A program made the position numbers and the translations under genes. A stretch of 64,000 nucleotides of DNA from Octopus vulgaris (taxonomy: Eukaryota), in NCBI GenBank assembly GCA_951406725.2, contig OX597838.1, forward strand, positions 44,082,001 to 44,146,000, in the 5' to 3' direction. Each line of letters starts with the position of its first letter. The stretch's first letter is position 1. Of this stretch, positions 55,435 to 64,000 are shown in pieces. The notes beneath the pieces were generated by a model that saw only the letters and a program-made list of their open reading frames with translations, had not been told where the DNA came from and searched no databases.

Positions 55435-55666
55435 GGGCGGCGAGCTGGCAGAGTGGTTAGCACGCCGGGCGAAATACTTAGCGTTATTTCGTCTGCCGTT
55501 ACGTTCTGAGTTCAAATTCTGCCGAGGTCGACTTTGCCTTTCATCCTTTCGGGGTCGATTAAATAAGTACCAGTTACGCACTGGGGTCGATATAATCGAC
55601 TTAATCCGTTTGTCTGTCCTTGTTTGTCCTCTCTATTTTTAGCCCCTTGTGGGCAATAAAGAAATA
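55435..55666 (+). mobile_element. SINE family B copy
   Basis: Homologous to the reverse complement of 48591-48822. Confidence 0.9.
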
Positions 55667-57594
55667 ACAAATACACACACTTATCTGTATTAAGGAAATG
55701 GTGCAGTATCTTTTATTGCCCGGGGTTACAAATATTTTAGTTTCAAATTTTGGCGCAAGGCCAGCTAGTGTAGGTAAGGGAATGACATTGACCCCAGTAT
55801 TCAACTGGTACTTATTTTATTGAACCTGAAAGGATGAAAGGAGGAGTCAACCACGGTGGAATTTCGGTTTTGTTAATATATTAATAACTGGAATAAATAC
55901 AACCATACGATCACACTATAGCCGAGATAAATAACTTTTTAAACAAGATGGTGACAATCTTTTTTCTGCTTGGAATTATTGATTTAGTCAAATTTGTTGC
56001 AAGCAGCTTATTATTCAGAACATGATGTGGAGTTCGCTTCCATAAGAATGCAAAAATTTTAAACAATTATTTTATCTAAAATGTATTTCATTCTTGCACA
56101 TTTTGTATTTTCTGGGAAAACGTACTATAAAAAAAATATGCTGTACTAATTTGCTTAATTACTCTAATTGAATTATTTTCCTAATCAGCAATTTTTCCAT
56201 TGTTGTAGTGCTTCTGGTATAGGATAATTTTAGTCCCTGCTTCTGACGCTAAAACGAATACATCTCTGCAGTTTCTTACTGTAACTGTAGTAACGTTACA
56301 TTGACCTTGGGATAAGACTTGTGATTCTCTGTTGATTTCAGCATCGCTGAAATGTTGTTTTTCTTTGTTTATGTTCATTACATAAACAACCGCATCAACT
56401 CCGAAAGCAGTCAAAAATTTAAGATTCATATGTATTTCTTACCTTTTTTAAAACTTTTTAATCAAGCTCTAGTACTCATAAGTTCCGTTACCTGGTTTCT
56501 GTAACGTATACATGACCAAGGTAACAAACATCCCCACCCGCTGAACAGTCCGTTGCAGATTTCAAGGCCAGCAATTTTGAAGAGAGAGGGGCAAGATAAT
56601 TACAACGACCCCGGTACTTGAATGGTATTTTATTTTATCGCCCCCCCCCCCATGAATGAAAGTTAAAGTTGGCCTCAGCACGATTTGAACTCAGAACGTG
56701 AAAGAGTCAGAAGATATGCCGTTAAGCATTTCTCAAGTTCGCTGCCTTCTTCTTACCTTAGAAAAGAAGTAAGTTACTTTAGCTGTTCTTCTTTTCAGCA
56801 ATTCATTAAGGGGTTCTAAAGACTGAAATTAGCTATAATTATCCCCGTCCCATGTAAAAATACTTACGAGCAATTCCCGCTTTCTGCATATTTGATCCAT
56901 GATGCACAGTTTTTAGAAATATTCTACCAATCAGGGCAATTTGATCAGATTTTTACATTTGTTACAATACTCAAACACTGCTCTTTCTGTAACTTCCAAG
57001 TTTTCCCTTACATTATTTGATATTTTTTTAGTCCTCTGTCTCTTTCACGTTCATTTAGCCTTCTTGGATTACTTACTCAAATGGTTCTCTTTTCCTTTGG
57101 TATTCGAATTCATATCCCTTAGATATTGAGTTCTTTTTGCGATTCATTGCTAAACTTTTCAAACGGCCTTCAGAAACCTTCTTAGCATTTACCGCTTAGG
57201 TTTTCGAATAAGAACCACCAAATGTTTGTTTTACTTTCGGTCCTATATTAAGGTCAACAGTTTTAGATATTTGGGCACAGACATTCTATTTTAATAAGTA
57301 GGGAGAAGGAAATATAATTATATATAAATAGGCAAATCTTGAAACCAAACCATTTAATTATGCAAAAGTTTTGTACAACATCACAACACTGTCGAGTGAC
57401 AAAGTTACTGAGTTATTTTTGATATTCATTGCTAAACTTTCCAACCAGAAAATCCTCTTAGCTTTTACTGTTCAGGTATTCGAGCAACAACTATCAAAGG
57501 CACGCTTTATTTTCGGCCATACGTTAAAATTCCTTTGTCCGTGACGAACAAGTCTCCTCCTGTATTATTCGAACCTCGTCTACAGAATTCATAC

Positions 57595-57990
57595 CATGGC
57601 TGTGCGGTAAAATGCTTGCTTCCCAACCACATGGTTCTAGGCTCAACTTCACTGCGTGGCACCTTTGGCAGGTGTTTTCTCCTATAGTCACGGGCCGACA
57701 AAGGCCTTGTTAGAGGATTTGGTAGATGGAAACTGAAAGAAGCCCGTTATATATAGATATATGTAAGTATATCTATGTGTGTGTATCTTAGGTTGTATGT
57801 TTGTTCCCCTCCACCGATTGAAAACGGGTGTTGGTGTGTTTATGTCCGTAATTTAGCGATTCGGTAAAGGGGGCGGAGATAGAATAAATACCAGGCTTAA
57901 AAAGTAAGTCCTGGGATCAATTCATTTGACTAAAATTTCAAAGTGGTGCACCAGCATGGCCGCAATCTAATGACTGAAACGATAAAAGAA
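57595..57990 (+). mobile_element. SINE family A copy (diverged)
   Basis: Homology to 3309-3714. Confidence 0.85.
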
Positions 57991-59117
57991 AATATAGTAT
58001 CTGCAGATGGTTGAGCGAAGCAATAAAGGTTCTTTGCTTTGAATTATATTCGAAGAACACTTAGAAAATTAAACTCATTTTGAACAGAGTTTCCAGTGTT
58101 TCAATTTCCACTTTTGTCTTTGAGATTCTGTGAGAAAACGAGAGTTTATTCATGCAGGGGATAAGAAAATAAGAAACGTACAAATACCTAATTTACAGAA
58201 TGTCAAGATTCAACTGGTGTCATGTCATAGGGTATAAAATTAAAATTGCGAATAAATGAAATAGTATTGTTTATGAATTGTAATTGAATAGCGAACTTGG
58301 TTTTCTTTTCCTGTAACAAAATAGTTTTCAGAATAGTCGAAATTTGCACCAGTTTGCAGCATATTAAAAAAAAAACGTCTAAATAACTTTAACCAAGTCT
58401 TTAATTTTATTTAAAACTCACGTTTGAACAAACTAGCTGCGTTGAACTATAAGCCATGTGACGTAAAATAAATTATGGGAGCGATAATATCAACTAATAA
58501 TAGTGTTATCTCACAAACCTGATTAGTCTGTAATAACAGATTTTAAACGTAAAATAACTGGTTTTTACTGATTTTCTTCTTTAATACTATTAACTATTAA
58601 CGCCAATAAAATATACTTATATTCTAATAAAATAGACTTTAAAAGAATTTGAAAGTCATCTCATTTATTTGTTATCTAACTATTTTGTGCGTCTCAAAAG
58701 CGCATTATCTAACATTATTTAATCCGCGAACATTCATATTATGCCATTTTAAAGTTTAAGAAGCGTCTTTAGTTTGAAGTAAATGTTTATTACAACGTAA
58801 AATTAAATAATTTATCGCACACATTAATAAAAAACCGGCAAGATCATTCATATCGAAGTAGACTTGAGTAAATTTATTTCCGTTGATAAAAAGACATCGT
58901 CACCTGACAACAGATTTTTCTGATCTAAAATCGTTATCATCGAATTCTCCCACTAGCAGCAGAGTTCATCATTACCCTCTGTGCGTATGTATGTATGTAT
59001 GTATGTATGTATGTATGTATATATGTATGTATGTATGTATGTATGTGTGTATGAATGTATGTATGTATGAATGTATGTATGTATGTATAAATGTATGTAT
59101 GTATGTATGTGGGTATG

Positions 59118-59149
<32 letters not shown>

Positions 59150-59400
59150 CATGTATGCATGCATGCATGTATGTATGTATGTATGTATGTATGCATGCAT
59201 GCATGTATGTATGTATTTATGTATGTATATATGTATGTATGTTCTCCCCTGCTTTTAATGATTTAAATTCTTCCTCTGAGGAAAGAGCTGGTTTATAACA
59301 CTGATAAAAAGCTCCATCGTTACATTTTAAACTTCAGAAAAAACTTGCACGTTCTCACTAATTCGCTTTCGAATTGCATTTCTTTCTCTTTCTCTCTCCC

Positions 59401-59482
<82 letters not shown>

Positions 59483-59486
<4 letters not shown>

Positions 59487-60621
59487 ACGAGGGGACCTCC
59501 GATTCGAACTGTTACGGAATCCCTCACACCCAGGCCCGTTCGATGCAGCGAATGTTTTCACCACGGAAACTCGGAGAGGAGAGATACAACAACAACAACA
59601 GCAGCAGCAGCACAGAGGCAATCGAGAGAGACACAAAGAGGCAAGGCACAACTGGCTTACATTTAACAACTAGTTTATATGACAATCAATTGTTACAACA
59701 TCAAATACATTTCAGATACATTTAAAAGAGGACATGCAAGTAACAACTCAATACATCATACAGGTATACCACAGATCAAAGCATTTAACAACATGCAGAT
59801 ACAATATAACCGTCCGGTAACAACACATCAAGTTCAATACATCAGCATTTCAAGAGTACACGTCCGAAGACACAGTTCTATTTCAAAACACATTAAAGGC
59901 CTATACAGTTCGTAGGACATTAAAGGCCTAACAGTTTAATGTTCATTATACAATGTTCATATCACAACACTGTACACAATGTCCTTACACATTTCACATT
60001 GTTCATTAAATCCCTTTTTACTGTCTCATTTCTTTTCACTGTTCAATACATCGATTCCTTGTCCTTTTTTTTCTTCACATATCAATACACAATTCACGTA
60101 CCTTACATTAGCCAACGCCTCATATTGCACCTCATCTCTCTCAGTACTGCTAGCTCCAACTTGCCAAACTCTTGCCCCGAATTCCCAAATCCTCGCTCCT
60201 AAAATTCCAACTGCTCGCTTTGACGACCGAATACCGACTGTCCAAACGTCTTGCTCTCTCACCACCCCTCAATCTGTCTTAGCACTGCTAATATTCTCTC
60301 TATCTGCTCTCAGATTCCTTAATCTGCCTATCTTCATCGACGCTGCTGCTGTCACTCTCTCATGACAGCTCTCAGATCCCTTACTCTGTCTTTCTCACTA
60401 CTTTCTTCTTCCTCTTCTTCACTGTCACTAGATTCTTCCTTACTCTATCTTCCTCGGCCCTACCATCTCTCTGACCCCTAATCGACCGGCACAAGGCCAA
60501 AGGTCCCTCCAAAAGCCATTAGTCTTCCGTAAAGAAAGGGCTGTAACTTTTTATTCCAGAGTTTCCGGCTCCAATCTCAACAAAGTTGGTCAAGAAATAC
60601 TGTACCAGCCGAACCACAACA
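59483..60621. mobile_element. Probable solo LTR
   Basis: TGTT...AACA termini with ATAT on both flanks inside a (TA)n tract. About 1.14 kb, no coding homology. Confidence 0.65.
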
Positions 60622-60682
<61 letters not shown>

Positions 60683-61356
60683 TATGTATATATAGATATA
60701 TACATATACATACATACATATGTATATATATATATGTGTGTGTGTATACACACACACATATCCAAAACAAAACAGGAGATCATGACTATACGCATGTTTT
60801 ATAAACGAAAAATGTTTGTTACATAAATTACGTAATCAAATTACATTTTCAAATTATCAGAAACTGGTAACATTCATATATAATATTGTAATATAGGCAA
60901 CTGATAGTGTTGCCGTGATAGGAAGGGCAATCAGTTTTTAAAAGTTAATTGGAAAAGTAGTGCATATTTGATATTAAGTGGAAGAAAGTCTCGTAGAATA
61001 TAAGAGAAATGATATTAGCATATGCAAGTGAGTTGTTGACGAGAGAAAGTATTCTACCGAATAGAGCAGGTTACAAACGTTGCCTTCAGATTTATAGATA
61101 CATTCTTATTTGGGCTTATTTATCGTCAACGTCAAGGGATGTAATTTGTATGCGTACATGCAAAAATTTACCAATCCCTATATATTGCTCACTTCTCCAT
61201 ACCCCACCCCATATATATATAAATATATATACATACATACATATATACATATATATATATACATACATATACATAATTGCTTTTCAATGCACATATATAT
61301 GTATATATATGCGTGTATCACTCTCACCACCGTCTAAGGGTGAATGGATACATTGA

Positions 61357-61391
<35 letters not shown>

Positions 61392-61395
<4 letters not shown>

Positions 61396-62035
61396 ATTTT
61401 ATTTGTTAGGGAATAAAAATTCCAGCATAAAAGGGGTTCAAATTATTCTCAATGAAGAAATATATATTTTCATTTAGAGATAGTAGGCCCCTTCATCTCA
61501 CCATATAAAAAAGAATTTTTATTTTAAATACCTACTATTTTATAACTTGGCTACACGTGTTTCATGTGGTACATTTCCCGGTTCCTAAACCACTCCGTGT
61601 TTTGCTGGAACCATTCTTAAAATGTAACCCCAACCATCATTTTTTATTTGAATTTTTATTTGAATTATGCCTTGTACTGTAGGGCCAAGCAAACCTATTT
61701 TACACATACTTATGGGTTTAAAAAAATTAAAATACAGTTTATAGTATTGAACGATGAGAAAGTGATATAGGGCCTGATGATTGGGGTTACATTTTAAGAA
61801 TAATTCCAGCAAAACACGGAGTGGTGTAGGAACCGGGAAATGTACCACATGAAACACGTGTAGTCAAGATATAAAGTAGTAGGTATTTAAAATAAAAATT
61901 CTTTTTATATGGTGAGATGAAGGGGCCTACTATCTCTAAATGAATATATATATATTTTCATTTAGAGATAGTAGGCCCCTTCATCTCACCATATAAAAAA
62001 GAATTTTTATTTTAAATACCTACTATTTTATAACT
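61392..62035. mobile_element. Foldback PLE-like element with three arms (A>, <A, partial A>)
   Basis: About 61461-61633 is inverted relative to about 61781-61952, and about 61946-62035 is a direct copy of 61461-61546. Truncated by a SINE at 62037. Confidence 0.85.
61771..61865 (+). ncRNA. Type I hammerhead ribozyme motif with long helix II
   Basis: ggc CTGATGA ttggggttacattt...aaatgtaccacat GAAAC acgt GTA gtc. Palindrome acacgtgt; short helix I. Confidence 0.65.
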
Positions 62036-62036
62036 A

Positions 62037-62312
62037 CGGACTCGCGGTCGTAGGATCGCGGTTTCGTTTCCCAGACCGGGCGATGTAAGTGTTTATTGAG
62101 CGAAAACACCTAAAGCTCCACGAGGCTATGGCAGAGGGTGGTGGCGGTCCCTGCTGTACTCTTTCGCCACAACTTCCTCTCACTATTTCTTCTGTTGGCC
62201 TGCTCGCTTAGCCAGCGAGGTGGCGTCATTTGAAGGATAAAACAATGCGAAGTGCATTGTGACCAGCGATGTGTAGCAACGTCTGATAGCCTGGTCGGTC
62301 ACGGTGATCACG

Positions 62313-62316
<4 letters not shown>
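62037..62316 (+). mobile_element. SINE family D copy (5' truncated)
   Basis: Homology to 25462-25743. Confidence 0.88.
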
Positions 62317-62377
<61 letters not shown>

Positions 62378-62380
62378 TAG

Positions 62381-62937
62381 CAAGATATAAGTTAGAGGTA
62401 TACAACCATTTAAGGAATAGATGTATCCATAGGCACTCCTGACGTATTACCTCGCCATGTATAGGCTAGCCATAAGGTATAAGGTAGTGGGTAATCTAAA
62501 GGTAAAAGCGCGGTTTAATATTTATAGTAAAGAAAGGAAATGGAGCAATAATTAACAATGAGAAGTTGATCATTGGTGTTAAAAAGTCCTTATTTAATTG
62601 TAGTTCGGAATTATTTACAGTTGTTTCTGTTTATCAAATCGGAGTAAATTTACTTTTACCTCGTTACATTTAACACATATCTTCAGAATGGTTTTAGAGG
62701 AAAAAGAAAGGCAAAGAAAAAGAAAGGCAAAGAAAAAGAAGAAAAAGAAAAAGAAGAAAAAGTTCGTTAAGTCTTAGGGTTACATTTTAGTGACTTATTT
62801 GGTTCCACGTATTCGTAGTTTCCTTCATTAGATGCATGGGGCAGTCAGTAGGGATAATGACTGCAAATGAATCCGAACAACAATTAACCTATGATCTATT
62901 AATACCAATGATCCACTTCTCCATTTCCTTTCTTTAC
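62381..62937 (-). mobile_element. Foldback element with an HHR at the loop edge
   Basis: Imperfect inverted arms at about 62527-62616 and 62865-62937. Confidence 0.7.
62609..62693 (-). ncRNA. Type I hammerhead ribozyme motif
   Basis: aaccatt CTGAAGA tatgtgttaaat..cgaggtaaa/tttactccg..atttgataaaca GAAAC aact GTA aataatt. Confidence 0.65.
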
Positions 62938-63483
62938 CATATCTGTGTTTGTGTGTACGTGTGTGTGTATACAGCCTTCGACAGAGTAACAGTCATGTAT
63001 ACAACTTGAACAGACACACATATCAGTACACAAGCATAGGTTCACATGTACATGCACACATACACACATACAGACACGTCTACATACTTACATACGTAAT
63101 TACTCACATACATACATAATACATACATACATACATACATACATACATACATACATACATACATACATACATACATACATACATACATACATACATAAGT
63201 ACATACATACATACATACAAACATACATTATACATACATAAATACGTACATATATATCATGAACTAACAGTTAATTTCTCAGATGCAGCACGGAAATTTG
63301 TCAGTGAACAGGTCGCGGTCTTAAAGCGCAAAAATATTTTGGAAAATTAAATTTAAATGTTGAAGTGAATCTAACGGTTTTTGTGTGTTTTAAAATGGGT
63401 TATAAGTACCTTCCACGATGCAATTGTTTTTGTTTCAGCACACGATCTCATATCAGGTCACATGCTATGCAAGTAATTCTCCG

Positions 63484-63525
<42 letters not shown>

Positions 63526-63655
63526 ACACCCCCCCCACACACACACGCTCTTTCTTACCATAAGTAATGCAGCATCTTACACTAGCAGACAGACAGTAAA
63601 ATTCTCATACTCTGCAACATCAAAACTCTCATCTATCTATCTATCTATCTAAAAC

Positions 63656-63731
<76 letters not shown>

Positions 63732-64000
63732 ATTATTATTATTATTACTATCCCATAATTTTACATATGACATATGAAAAATTTATAATCTATGTATGCA
63801 TTTAAAAAACATTCACTCGTGTTCAATCAATTGGCTCTCCTTAATACAATTGTACTATGATTTTCATAGTCAGAATTGTGTGCAGTTAAAGAAACCAGCG
63901 AAATAGCTTGTTTACGAACAATCCTTAATAATAGCGGTTAAAACGTAGGGTGGTTGATAAGATATTTGAAATTTCTAGATTCATTGTTTCTGTGATGGAA

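Noticed and set aside
56181-56429. 82-aa minus-strand ORF
   Set aside because: Loosely resembles a decayed RTE RT/C-terminal segment; no support for a host gene.

Overview
AT-rich, microsatellite-saturated animal genomic DNA. The SINE families and repeat landscape suggest a coleoid cephalopod (Octopus-like); this is an inference. No host gene can be identified with confidence, and there is only one weak two-exon candidate on the minus strand. The window is a mosaic of transposons: a near full-length Tx1/L1-clade LINE (16614-22511) in a (CTAT)n tract plus a second 3' end of the same family, a Neptune-type Penelope-like element (PLE), RTE fragments, Tc1/mariner relics, a solo LTR, about four tRNA-derived SINE families and a 2.6-kb (TATG)n array. 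The main observation is a dense set of type I hammerhead ribozyme (HHR) motifs, read by eye at about 8 loci plus several degenerate ones. They lie in short PLE-like elements that mostly abut (TA)n tracts and are mostly built as foldback inverted repeats. Most have palindromic helix III (dimer-type) and long helix II. Two unrelated elements carry the compensatory U3-A8 core, and one locus is a 447-nt HHR-to-HHR unit resembling a retrozyme. Secondary observations are HDV-like ribozyme candidates at the 5' ends of two RTE-like elements and a SINE whose 3' tail matches the Tx1 LINE tail. All RNA structures were parsed manually and none was computed.
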